Below are positions 15,396 through 27,200 of a DNA stretch of 64,000 nt, one piece after another. The DNA is from Vicinamibacteria bacterium. GTDB lineage: Bacteria > Acidobacteriota > Vicinamibacteria > Marinacidobacterales > Marinacidobacteraceae. Where the stretch lies: contig OZ219816.1 of NCBI GenBank assembly GCA_964291235.2, forward strand, positions 1,472,001-1,536,000, given 5' to 3'. Made by a program: the position numbers and the translations under genes. The notes beneath the pieces were generated by a model. The model had not been told where the DNA came from and searched no databases. It was given only the letters and a program-made list of their open reading frames with translations. Numbering within the stretch: the first letter of the stretch is position 1; each line of letters begins with the position of its first letter.

Positions 15396-18155
15396 ATGTT
15401 GATGCTGCTCGGCAGCGGATCGGACGCCGCCCCGGATCCTCGCGTCCATTCTGCGCTGGCCTCATCCGACGCGGATGAACGCTCGTGGCTATTGACCGGC
15501 CGCGTGACGCCTCCGGTCCGTCCACCCCATTATTTTCGCCGTGCGAAGCTGGTCGAAGCGTTCGAGCAGGGGCGGGTCGCCGTGGTGACGGCGCCGGCGG
15601 GCTTCGGCAAGACGTCGCTGCTGGCGGATGTCTGCCGCCGCCACCGTGGCGAGGGGCTGCTGGGCGCCTGGCTCACCCTGGCCGACGACGACACTCCGGA
15701 AGTCCTGGCTGCCTATCTCCTATACGCATTCGAACGCGCCGGCCTCGATGTGACCACGCCCACGTCCGCGCGGGACCCGGGGGCGTCATTGCCGCCCGAG
15801 CGCGCCGTAATGGCGTTGGCACGGGCAATCGAGTGGCATGCGAGTCCGTGCCTGTTGGTCCTCGACGAAGTAGAGCGGCTGCCCGCCGGCCGCACGCTCG
15901 AGTTGGTCAATGCGCTGCTGCGCCGCCAGCCGGACAACTTGCGCATCGCCGTCGGGACGCGCCGCAATCCCGGGTTGGATCTGGAGGCCGCCGTGCTGAA
16001 CGGACGCGCGATCCGAATCCGCGCCGAGGATCTCCGCTTTTCCGCCCCCGAGATAGCCCGTTTCTTCGGCCTGGAGCTCTCCCCAACCGACTTGCGACGG
16101 CTCGCGGAGCGGACCGAGGGTTGGCCGGTCGCGCTCCAGCTCTACCGAAACCTTCTTACCGGGGAGCGGCCCTCCGTGAGCGTGGGCGACCTCCGGGGGG
16201 ACCGGGGCGTAGCGGCCAACTTCCTCGGCGCGCGGCTGCTGCGCGACCTGTCGCGCCTGGACCATGAATTCGTGCTCGACGTGGCGCTCTTCGACTGGTT
16301 TGACCCCCTGCTGGTGGACGAGGTCCTGGGCGCAACCGACTCGCGCCTCCGGCTCGAAAGCCTTCCGGAGCTGGACGGCCTCGTACTGCCCGTCGAAGGC
16401 GGATCCGGCGTCATGCGATTTCACCCGCTGCTGCGAGACTACTGCGCGGCGCGGCGCTTCCGGGAAGAGCCCTCGCGTTTCCGCACTCTCCATGGTGAGA
16501 TCGCCAAAGCGCTGGCGCGGCGCGGCCACCCTCTCAAGGCGGTGCGGCACGCCCGCGCCGCGGGCGACGATCCACTCGTCGGCGAGATCCTCGAGCGGGC
16601 GGGCGGTGTGCGGCTGTTCGTGGTGGAGGGAGTACTCCGGCTGGGGGCCATCGACCGGTACCTGACGCCAACGGTGCTGGCGGGCCATCCACGCCTGGGG
16701 CTACTGCGGTGCATCACGCTCGCGCGGGCCGGGCAGATTGCCGAAGCGAGCGCGCTGTTCGAGGAACTCCGCGCCCGGACCCAGGGCTTCGCGCGCGACC
16801 GGGCCGGCGGGGATTCGCGTCGGCTCCACGCCGAATCCGTGGTCGTGGAGTCACAACTCGCCGTATTCGGCTGCCGGCCGTTGGGCGCCGCCGCGTTTCG
16901 AGATTTGACCGGCCGAATGGTCGCCGTCTGCAATGACGAGCAGAACGATTCGGCGGTCCGCGGCGCCAGCCACGCTCTCCTGAGCGCCGTCAACCACCAG
17001 CGCGCCCGATTCCGGACCAGCAGCCGTCACACCCGCTCGGCGGCCGCGCACTTCGAGCGCTCCGACGCCCGGCACGGCGTCGCGCTCGCCGAGCTTCACG
17101 CCGGCATCGCCGCCATGGCACGGGGGAAAGTCCGCGAGGCCGCGAATTCCTACGCCCGGGGCCGCCGCGCGCTGAAGCGACGCTTCCCCGGCGACATCGC
17201 CAGCGTCCTGTTCGCCGACGCGCTGATCGCGGAATTGAATCTCGAGCGAAACCGGATGCACGGGATTCACCGGCTCGCTCCTCCCCCTTCGGCGCTGCGC
17301 GAGAGCGGCGCCTGGCTCGACGTGTACGCCGCAGGGTACGGCGTGGCAACGGAGACAACCCTCGCGCAGCAGGGAGCGACGACAACGCTGGACCTGTTAC
17401 AGGAAGCAAGCGTACATGCGCGCGGCACCGGGCTCGTGAGCCTGCGGCGCTACCTTGCGGCGCTTCGCGTTTCGGTACTGGCCGCTGCAGGCGACACCGA
17501 AGGCGCCGAGCGGGCGTGGCGCGACGAGGAGCTGCCGGAGACGACGCCGGAAATGCTCGACCTGTCCGGGCAAACGTGGCGCGAGATGGAGGCGGTGGCG
17601 TTGTCCCGGATTCGGTGGCTCACCGCGCGCGGTGCGCTGGAGGAGGCCGGCGCGCTGGCGGGCGACCTGCGCACGGCCGCGGCCCGGCATGGCCTCACGC
17701 GGACCCTGATGCGAAGCCTTGCCTCGGCGATGGCCGTCGAACACGCGTTGGACAATGCCGAACGCGCCGTCGGGCACCTGAGCGAGTTCCTCGCGCGGCT
17801 TCTCAAGACGGACTATCCGCGACCGCTCATCCGGGAACCGGCCGTCGCCACCCCCCTCCTGGAACGACTGCTCGCCGCGGAAAGCGCCCCGGAAACGAGA
17901 GGCACGGCCGAGGCGTTGCTCGCGCACCTGACGAAAGACACACCGGAACTGTCCGCCGGACCCGCGTTCACCGCGCGGGAGCTCGAGGTGCTGCAACTGC
18001 TCGCCCGCGGCGGCCGCGACCGCGAGATCGCGTCCAGCCTGGGCCTCAGCGCCGACGGAGTCCGGTATCACCTGAGGAACATCTACCGGAAGACACAGGC
18101 AAAGGGCCGCAACGAGGCGGTGCAGCGGGCTCGGTCGCTGGGTGTCGTTTCGTGA
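15396..18155 (+). CDS. MalT-like (LAL) STAND ATPase-LuxR transcriptional regulator 1 (start uncertain)
   Basis: Walker A APAGFGKT, Walker B LLVLDE, EDLRFS..EI..FF, TEGWP, RFHPLLRDY; C-terminal FTARELEVL...HLRNIYRK HTH. Confidence 0.92.
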   Translation: MLMLLGSGSDAAPDPRVHSALASSDADERSWLLTGRVTPPVRPPHYFRRAKLVEAFEQGRVAVVTAPAGFGKTSLLADVCRRHRGEGLLGAWLTLADDDTPEVLAAYLLYAFERAGLDVTTPTSARDPGASLPPERAVMALARAIEWHASPCLLVLDEVERLPAGRTLELVNALLRRQPDNLRIAVGTRRNPGLDLEAAVLNGRAIRIRAEDLRFSAPEIARFFGLELSPTDLRRLAERTEGWPVALQLYRNLLTGERPSVSVGDLRGDRGVAANFLGARLLRDLSRLDHEFVLDVALFDWFDPLLVDEVLGATDSRLRLESLPELDGLVLPVEGGSGVMRFHPLLRDYCAARRFREEPSRFRTLHGEIAKALARRGHPLKAVRHARAAGDDPLVGEILERAGGVRLFVVEGVLRLGAIDRYLTPTVLAGHPRLGLLRCITLARAGQIAEASALFEELRARTQGFARDRAGGDSRRLHAESVVVESQLAVFGCRPLGAAAFRDLTGRMVAVCNDEQNDSAVRGASHALLSAVNHQRARFRTSSRHTRSAAAHFERSDARHGVALAELHAGIAAMARGKVREAANSYARGRRALKRRFPGDIASVLFADALIAELNLERNRMHGIHRLAPPPSALRESGAWLDVYAAGYGVATETTLAQQGATTTLDLLQEASVHARGTGLVSLRRYLAALRVSVLAAAGDTEGAERAWRDEELPETTPEMLDLSGQTWREMEAVALSRIRWLTARGALEEAGALAGDLRTAAARHGLTRTLMRSLASAMAVEHALDNAERAVGHLSEFLARLLKTDYPRPLIREPAVATPLLERLLAAESAPETRGTAEALLAHLTKDTPELSAGPAFTARELEVLQLLARGGRDREIASSLGLSADGVRYHLRNIYRKTQAKGRNEAVQRARSLGVVS

Positions 18156-20881
18156 CCGCTCTCCCCTCGGGGGGAATGATTCCGCCGTGGCTGCTCGCGG
18201 CGAAGGTGACCGCTCCCGACCGCGCTCCCGGGTTCTTCCGGCGTCCGGCGATCACCGGTCGTATCGAGCCATTCGACGACGGACTCCTGATCCTGAAGGC
18301 GCCGGCCGGGTTCGGCAAGACGACGCTGCTCGCGGATCTCTATCACACAGCGCGGGAGACGGGGATGCTCGCCGCCTGGATCACGCTGGACGAGGCGGAC
18401 ACGCCACCGGTACTCGCGGAGTACCTCCTCTACGCTTTCGAACGGGCGGGTCTGGACGTCGCTCTCCTTCACAGCCTTCGCAACACCGGAACCCGTGCGC
18501 CGCAACTCCGGCAGCGGATCGCTACGTTGATGCAGGCCATCGAGCGGCGTGGGGCGCCGTGCTTGCTGGTGCTGGACGAGACGGAACAACTCTCGGACCC
18601 CGCGACGGTCGCGACGGTCGAGTCCGTTCTACAGTACCGGGCCGGCAACCTGCGCATCGCCGTCGCCCTCCGGGAGAATCCGGGGATCGACGTGTCCACG
18701 GCGATTCTCGGCGGTCGCGGGATCGGCCTCACCGAGGCCGAACTGCGATTCTCGACCGGCGAGATCGCTGCGTTCTTCGGCAACGCCTTGTCGCGGCGTG
18801 AACTCGCCGCGGTCGCCCGGCGCACCGAGGGGTGGCCCGCCGCGGTGCAGATCTACCGGAACCAGAGGGACCCGGGCAAAGGGGCCGGCGCAACCCCGGC
18901 TCTCGACGGCGCCCTGGCCGTGGCCGACTACTGCAAGGCGCGGCTGTTTCGCGGGGTGTCGGAGCCAGACCGCCAGTTCACTCTGGATCTGGCCCTCTTC
19001 GACTGGATTGATCCGCCGCTGGTTGACGAGGTGCTGGAGGCGACGGATTCCCGACGGCGGATCGACACCCTCCCCGCGCTGTCGGGTTTCCTCGCGACGC
19101 ACGACACCGGGGACGTTCGCCGCCTGCACCCGCTCATCCGGGAGTACTGCGGCGCTGAGCGATTCCGGACCGACCCCGATCGTTTTCGGGATCTGCACCG
19201 CAAGATCGGCTTGGCGTTGGAGGCTCGCGGCCGACTCGAAAGGGCGATGCGTCACGCGGACCAAGCGGGCGACAGGCGGCTGGCCGCGGAGATGCTGGAG
19301 CGCGCCGGCGGACTCCGCCTGTTGCTCCAGAGCGGGATGCTGCGGCTCGAGGCAGCCGATCGCTGGCTCACCCCCGACACGCTCGCCGCGTATCCCCGAT
19401 TGGGGGTCGCCCGGTGCGTTCTGCGCATTCGGCAGGCCCGACTCGAAGAAGCGCGCGCGCTCTACGAGGAGGTGCGGCGCCGGACCGGGGATTTCGCCCA
19501 CGACCGGGACGGCGGCGACGACCGGGCGCTACGCGCCGACGCCTTCATCCTGCAGGTGTTGCTCGCCGGTTACGGCTGCCTGTCACTCGGAAGCGAAACG
19601 GTGCAGGAACTACTCGCCCGCGGCCCCAAACTCGCTCACGATTCCGCGCTGCCACCGGACCTCCTCGGGTTCCTGCACGAGTTACTCGCCCTCGGTCATT
19701 TTCAGGCGGCGCGGTTCGACGCCAGCCGGGCGCTCGGCGCCCGGGCGGCGGAACTCTTCGCACAAAGCGCTTCGCCTTACGGCGCGATGATCATGGACTT
19801 CTTTTTCGGGATGCTCGCCATGGCGGAGGGGCGCTCCCAGGAAGCGGCGGAGCTCTACGCGAGCGGCCAGCGGCGGGCCGAGGAGCTCTTTCCCCGGGAT
19901 CCGGGGCCGGCGCTGATCGGGGACGTCCTGTCGGCCGAACTCGCGCTTGAGCGCAACGACATCGCGGGAGTCGAGGAGTCCGCGAATGGTCTTGCGGCGC
20001 GGCTCCGCGGAACCGCCGTGTGGTTCGACATCCAGGCGGCAGCCTGCGGCCTGGCAACCGAACTCACCTTCGTTCGCCATGGCCCGGACGCGGCGCTGGC
20101 GTTCCTGGACGAATCGCGCACCCAGGCCGAGGCAATCGGTCTTCCCAGTGTCACGCGCTACCTGGCCGCCTTGCGCGTCACCGTGCTGGTGTACAACCGA
20201 GAGAACGACCGGGCGGCGAGGGCGTGGGACGTGGCCGGATTGCCCGTGGAAACCGGGGACGTGCTGGACCTCGACCGCCAGAGCTGGCGGGAGATGGAGG
20301 CACTCGCGGTGGCGCGGGTCCGGTTGCTCATGGCGCACCGCGCCCTGGAAGACGCGAGGCAATTGGTGGACGAGCTCTGCCGGGTCGCCGAGGAGCGCGG
20401 CCTGATGCGCACCTTGTTGCAGGGGCTCGCGCTGGCCATGGTCGTGGAGCACCGCGCCCGCGCTCGCGATGCCGCGGAGGCGCGGCTGGTTCGCTATCTC
20501 CGCATCGCGCGCGAGGTGGACTACGTCCGGCCGCTGTTCCGTGATCGCGCCATCAGCGCCGCCGTTCTGCGCCGCCTGTCGGAGACCCATCCCGACCTCG
20601 ACACGCGGGCGTCCGCAGAAGCGGTGGCGCTCCGGCTCGGAGGCACGAAGCCCGCCGTACCCGTTGGGCCGTCCTCGCCGGTCGCGCCGTCCCTGACCGC
20701 GCGCGAGCGAGCCGTTCTCGAAGGTGTCGCCCGCGGAGATCGCGACAAGGAGATCGCTGCTGCCCTCGGCCTGACCCGGGACGGCGTCCGCTACCACCTC
20801 ACCCGTGTATATCGGAAGCTACAGGCCGTCAGTCGGGGTGTAGCGATCCGCCGGGCGCGGGAACTCGGCATCCTGCAGTAG
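18152..20881 (+). CDS. MalT-like (LAL) STAND ATPase-LuxR transcriptional regulator 2
   Basis: Same motifs (APAGFGKT, LLVLDE, TEGWP, LTARERAVL...HLTRVYRKL). GTGA overlap with regulator 1. Confidence 0.92.
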   Translation: MTALPSGGMIPPWLLAAKVTAPDRAPGFFRRPAITGRIEPFDDGLLILKAPAGFGKTTLLADLYHTARETGMLAAWITLDEADTPPVLAEYLLYAFERAGLDVALLHSLRNTGTRAPQLRQRIATLMQAIERRGAPCLLVLDETEQLSDPATVATVESVLQYRAGNLRIAVALRENPGIDVSTAILGGRGIGLTEAELRFSTGEIAAFFGNALSRRELAAVARRTEGWPAAVQIYRNQRDPGKGAGATPALDGALAVADYCKARLFRGVSEPDRQFTLDLALFDWIDPPLVDEVLEATDSRRRIDTLPALSGFLATHDTGDVRRLHPLIREYCGAERFRTDPDRFRDLHRKIGLALEARGRLERAMRHADQAGDRRLAAEMLERAGGLRLLLQSGMLRLEAADRWLTPDTLAAYPRLGVARCVLRIRQARLEEARALYEEVRRRTGDFAHDRDGGDDRALRADAFILQVLLAGYGCLSLGSETVQELLARGPKLAHDSALPPDLLGFLHELLALGHFQAARFDASRALGARAAELFAQSASPYGAMIMDFFFGMLAMAEGRSQEAAELYASGQRRAEELFPRDPGPALIGDVLSAELALERNDIAGVEESANGLAARLRGTAVWFDIQAAACGLATELTFVRHGPDAALAFLDESRTQAEAIGLPSVTRYLAALRVTVLVYNRENDRAARAWDVAGLPVETGDVLDLDRQSWREMEALAVARVRLLMAHRALEDARQLVDELCRVAEERGLMRTLLQGLALAMVVEHRARARDAAEARLVRYLRIAREVDYVRPLFRDRAISAAVLRRLSETHPDLDTRASAEAVALRLGGTKPAVPVGPSSPVAPSLTARERAVLEGVARGDRDKEIAAALGLTRDGVRYHLTRVYRKLQAVSRGVAIRRARELGILQ

Positions 20882-20954
20882 CGCGCCGCCGCGATCCCGG
20901 ATCCGGCGCGAGGCCCGACCGCAGCGCGACGGACTGCTCGCCGGTGCGCCACGC

Positions 20955-21107
20955 CTACCGGAATCGGTAGGACGCCAGCCGGCGAACACTACCAATGGGA
21001 GCGTGAAATCGCTTCCTGCCCGTCCGGAGCGCGCTGCACGGATAGCCAAGACCATACAAACAGGTCGCTTGTATGCGCGTCCAGAGCCCGGCTACCGAAT
21101 TCGGCAG
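20955..21107. promoter_or_regulatory. Two 16-bp palindromes, candidate LuxR-HTH operators upstream of the adhesin
   Basis: CTACCGGAATCGGTAG (20955-20970) and CTACCGAATTCGGCAG (21092-21107). Confidence 0.45.
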
Positions 21108-21202
21108 GGCGGGTTCGAGGCGGGACCCGGCTTTCCGGCTACGCGTTCTTCCCGCGCTTCCACCGTTGAAGCGCCCCGTTTTCGCCCCCATTCTCCCCGG
21201 CC

Positions 21203-24200
21203 ATGCGATTCCGACGCCCGGCCCCCGATGCCGTCCCGCGCCCGGCGAGGCTCCGGCTCGATACCTCCCGGCGCTGGATACGGCGCGCGACCCGTGCCGC
21301 GGGGGCCGGGTTCGCCGCCGCCACGATCGCGCTTGCCACGACCGCTACCACCGCGGCGGGAGCGAACGCCCCGCCGGTGCTCAACGCCCCGGGCAACCAG
21401 GTCTACGAGCAGGGAGAGACGATCATCCCGGTCTCCATCGGCATTTCCGATCCCGACCACGACACGACGGTGGTGACGGTGACGAACCTGCCCCCGGGGC
21501 TTTCGTTCCGGACCGGACAGGTGCAGGGAACGGTCGCGGCCGGCGCCGCGGCGCAGGACTACCTCGTAACGATCAAGGCGGACGACCGGGTGAACGCGCC
21601 GGTAACCGCGGCCTTCACCATCACGGTGACCGCGCGGGAGCAAACTCCCCCGACGGTGACCATCAGCGGTCCGACGCAACCCCAGCGAGGCGCGTTCCGG
21701 GTGAGGATCGCCTTTTCAGAGGCCGTGACGGGGTTCGAGCAGGCGGATGTGACGGTAGGCAATGGATTCGCCAGGAAGTTCACCGGTTCGGGAGCCAACT
21801 ACACAGCCGAGATCAGGATCACGCCGGGGTTCTCGGGAACGGTGACGGTGGACGTGGCCGCGAATGTGGCTGAGGATGCCGACGGCGACGGCAACAGGGC
21901 GGCATCCCGGTACTCGGTCGAGGGGGACCAGACTCGCCCGACGGTGACCCTCAGCGGCCCAACGGCACCCCAGCAAGGCGCGTTCAACGTGGCAATCGCC
22001 TTCTCCGAGCCGGTGACGGGGTTCGAGAGGTCGGACGTGGCGGTGGGCAACGGCAGCGTGACGGCCTTCACCGGTTCCGGGGCCGCCTATACAGCCACGA
22101 TCACGGGGGCGGCCACCGGAACCGTGATGGTCGATGTGGCCGCGCACGTGGCTACGGATGCAACGGGCAACCCCAACATGCCCGCGAGAAGGTACTCGGT
22201 GCAGGCCCAGTGGAACCAGTTGAACGCGCCGCCGGTGATCACGCGTCCCAACGATCAGACGTACGAGCAGGGCGAGGCGATCTCTCCGTTCGGGATCACG
22301 GTCACGGACGCCGACGGCGATCCGGTGACGATCACCGTGACGGGTCTCCCCTCGGGGCTGTCGTACGCGAGCGACCAACTGCAGGGAACGGTGGCGGCGG
22401 ATGCCGCGGCGCAGGCCTACACCGTGACGATCTCGGCGCAGGACGGCGTGAACGCGGCGGTGACGCAGACATTCACGATCTCGGTGACGGAGACGGCCCC
22501 GGCGAACTCCCCGGCCAACGCACCGCCGGTGATTGCCGTTCCGGGGAGCAAGACCTACGTGCGAGGCGAAGCCATCACCGCCTTCGGTATCGCGGTGACG
22601 GATGCGGAAGGCGACGCCTTGACGGTGACACTGACCGGCCTGCCCTCCGGGCTGTCCTACGCCAACGGGCAGGTTCAGGGAACCGTGGCCGCCGACGCGA
22701 CGATCCGGGCCTACACCGTGACGATCCAGGCGGAGGACGGGGTGAACGCGGCCGTGACCGGGACGTTCACGATCTCGGTCACGGAGACGGCCCCGGCGAA
22801 CTCCCCGGCCAACGCACCGCCGGTGATTGCCGCCCCCGGCCAGAAGACGTACGCGCGAGGCGAAGCCATCACCGCCTTCGGTATCGCGGTGACGGATGCG
22901 GAAGGCGACGCCTTGACGGTCACGGTAACCGGTCTGCCCTCCGGGTTGTCCTACGCGAACGGCCAGGTGCAAGGGACAGTGGCGGCAAGCGCAGTGGTGG
23001 GCGACCACGGTGCGACCATCCAGGCGGATGACGGAGTAAACGAGGCCGTGACGGCGACATTCACGATCACGGTTACGGAAGCAGCCCCGGCGAACTCCCC
23101 GGCCAACGCCCCGCCGGTGATTACCGACCCCGGCCAGAAGACGTACGAGCGGGGCGAAGCCATCACCGCCTTCAGCATCGCGGTGACGGATGCGGCAGGC
23201 GACGCCGTGACGGTGACGCTGACCGGTCTGCCCTCCGGGCTGTCCTACGCGAACGGCCAGGTGCAAGGGACAGTGGCGGCAAGCGCGGTGGTGGGCGACC
23301 ACACTGCGACCATCCAGGCGGATGACGGAGTGAACGGGGCCGTGACAGAGACATTCACGGTCTCGGTCACGGCGTCGGGCGCGGCCAACTCCCCGGGCAA
23401 CGCCCCGCCGGTGATTACCGACCCCGGCCGAAAGACGTACGGGCGGGGCGAAGCCATCACCGCCTTCAGTATCGCGGTGACGGATGCGGAAGGCGACGCC
23501 GTGACGGTTACCGTAACCGGCCTGCCCTCCGGGCTGTCCTACGCGAACGGGCAAGTGCAGGGAACGGTGGCCGACGACGCGGTGGCCGGGGACCACACCG
23601 TGACGATCCAGGCGGATGACGGAGGCGACGCGCCCGCGATCGAGACGTTCACGATCACGGTGACGCCGACGGCCGCGGCGGGTGAGTCGAACTCCCCGCC
23701 GGTGATCACGGGACCAGGGAACAAGACGTACGAACGGGGAGAAGCGATCACCGCATTCGGGATCACCGTGTCGGATGCCGACGGCGACACGGTGACGGTG
23801 ACGGTGACGGGCCTGCCGTCGGGTCTGACGTACACGAACGGCCAGGTGCAGGGCACGGTGGCCGACGGCGCGGCCGCCGGAGACCACACCGTGACGATCC
23901 TGGCGGATGACGGAGGCGACGAGGGCGCGGCCGAGACCTTCACGATCACGGTGAGGGCGCGCCGGGCGAAGAGGACCTCCACCAGCTTCTCCGACTACTG
24001 GGACATGAAGTCCGATTCCCTTGTACCAGGGAACGCTTTCCACGTGGAGGAAGGGGACACGCTCGTGGTCACCTTCACCTGGAAGGGGCAGGGCGCGCAA
24101 TTTGCGGCGTGGTCTACCCACGGAGGCCTTTCAGGGGGCCCCACCTACGACGTCGCCACCAGCGGTACAGATTACGAAGCCGTCATCCCCGCCCGGCTCG

Positions 24201-27200
24201 TTGCTGTCCTCGGGAATGGCGGCTCGATCACCATCCGCCACCGCATTTGGGAGGACGGCCTGGTCGAGCGCAACGAAGTGTTCCAGCTGGGGTTCCGATT
24301 CGCGGCCGGCGGCGTGTCGATAGCCGCCGCGTTCCCGGTCACAATCCTGAACGACGACCGGGCAACGATCGCGGTGTCTGATGCAACGCGCTCGGAGGGT
24401 GGGGACCTGGAGTTCACGGCGACGCTGAACACGTTCCTGAAGGGCGGCATCAAGGTCACGCCGACTTTCACGGACGTGACCGCTGTCGCTGGCACCGACT
24501 ACGCCCGAAACACCACGCCGATCACCTTCGCGGGCCGTGCGAACGAGAAGAAGACGTTTACAGTCAGCACGACGCAGGACGTGGTCGCGGAGCAGGACGA
24601 GACCTTCAGGGCGGGGCTCGACGTCGACTGGACCTCGACAAACTTCCAGAGCCAGAACAGCTATACCGGCAACGGGGACGTGATCGCGATCACCGCCGGG
24701 ACCGGCACGATCGAGGACGACGAGCCGAAACTGACAGTGGACGACGCATATGCAAGAGAAGGCGACCCGATCACCTTCACGGTGACGCTGGACAACGCTG
24801 TGTCGGGCGGTCTGACGGTGACGCCGAGCTTCACCGACGTGACGGCGACGAAGGGCACCGACTACACGGAGAACACCGCGGCGCTGACCTTCGCTGGCAC
24901 GGCGGGCGAGACGAAGTCGTTCACGGTAGCGACGACCGAGGACACCGACGCCGAGGGGACCGAGACCTTCACCGTCAGCCTCGCCGTCTCGGGGACGCAG
25001 TCGCTGGTGGCGGCGACCGACACGGCAGGGGGGAGCATCGTAGACGGCGAGGCGGTTCTGCCAGCCGTGACGATCGAAGACGTGAGCGCAGAAGAGGGCG
25101 ACTCGATGACCTTCACCGTGACGCTGGACAAGGCGGTGTCGGGAGGGCTGACGGTGACGCCGAGCTTCGGCAACGGCATGACGCCGGGCTTTGCCGTGAA
25201 GGGCACCGACTACACGGAGAACACCGCGCCGCTCAGCTTCACCGGCACGGCGGGCGAGACGAAGACCTTCACGGTAGCGACGATCGAGGACGCCGACGTC
25301 GAGGTGCATGAGATCTTCCACGTCAACCTGAGAGTCTCGGGGACACACGTGCCAGTGAGGGCTACCGATTTCGCGGCTGGCACGATCCTCGACGACGACA
25401 GCGCGGCATTGACGATCGACGACGCGTCGGCCGTCGAAGGCGCGTCGATGACCTTCACGGTGACGCTGAACAAGGAGGTGACGGGGGGGGTGACGGCGGG
25501 CGTGAACGTCACCGACGGCACGGCGACGTGGAGCAAGGACTATCACCGGGGCGCCGATAAGGTCATCTTCACCGGCACGGCAGGCGAGACGCAGACCTTC
25601 ACGGTGTCGACCATGGACGACAACGAGAGCGAGGCGGCCGAGACGTTCACCGTGAGCCTGAACGTGCCTGACGGGACACTCGTGCGGGCAACCGATACGG
25701 CGACGGGCACGATCCTGGACAACGACAGGCCGGTGCTGACGATCGACGACGCCTCAGCCGCCGAGGGCGACTCGATGACGTTCACGGTGACGCTGGACAA
25801 AGCAGTGTCGGGCGGGCTGACGGTGACGCCGGGCTTCACCGACATGACGGCCACGAAGGGCACCGACTACACGGAGAACACCGTGGCGCTCAACTTCACG
25901 GGCACCGCGAACGAGACGCAGACCATTACGGTGATGACGACCGAGGACGGCACAACCGAACCTGACGAGACGTTCACCGTGGGCCTGAGTGTCTCGGGGA
26001 CGCAGGTGCCGGTGACGGCGACCGACACGGCGACGGGGACGATCATGGACGACGACGGTGCGCTGCCAGCGGTGACGGTGGCCGACGTGAGCGCCGCCGA
26101 GGGCGACTCGATGACGTTCACGGTGACCCTGGACAAGGCGGTGTCGGGCGGTCTGACGGTGACGCCGAGCTTCACCGACAGCTCCGCGACAGAGGGAACC
26201 GACTACACCGAGAACACGACCGCGCTCACCTTCGCTGGCACGGCGGGCGAGACGCAGACCCTCACCGTAGCGACGACCCAGGACAGCGACGCGGAGGTGG
26301 AGGAGACGTTCTACCTCGACCTGACCGTCTCGGGGACCCAGAGGACGGTGAAGGCGACAGACTGGGCGCTTGGCACGATCAACGACGACGACAGCTCAAG
26401 ACTGACGGTTGCCGACGCATCGGCCAGCGAAGGCAACTCGATGACCTTCACAGTGACCCTCGACAAGGCGGTGTCCGGCGGGCTGACGGTGACGCCTGCC
26501 TTCACCGACGTGACCGCGACGGAGGGCACCGACTACACCGAGAACACCGACGCGCTCACCTTCACCGGCACCGCTGGCGAGGAGCAGACCTTCTCGGTGG
26601 CGACGCACAAGGACGAAGACAGCGAGGACGACGAGACGTTCACCGTGAGCCTGACCGTCTCGGGAACATCGGCGACGGTGGCGTCGGACACGGCGACCGG
26701 AACCGTCACCCGCGACGACCAGATGGGTCACAGCCCGGCGGTGGTGACGGTGGCAGACGCCTCGGCCGACGAAGGTGACTCGATGACGTTCACCGTGACA
26801 CTGGACAAGGCCGTGGCGGACGCGGGCTGACGGTGACGCCGAGCTTCACGGACGACACCGCGGCCGAGGGCACGGACTACACCGAGAACACGGCGGCCCT
26901 CACCTTTGCCGGCACCACGGGCGAGACGCAGACCTTCACCGTGGCGACCACCGAGGACACCGATACCGAGGCGGACGAAACGTTCACGGTGGGCCTGGCG
27001 GTCTCCGGGACCACGACGACGGTGACGGCGACCGATACCGCAACGGGGACGATCCTCGACGACGACGCGCCGGCAGTGACGATCGCCGACGCCTCAGCCA
27101 GCGAGGGCGACTCGATGACCTTCGCGGTGAGCCTGAACCAGCCGGTGACCGGAGGGCTGACGGTGACGCCGAGCTTCACGGACGTCACGGCCACCGAGGG

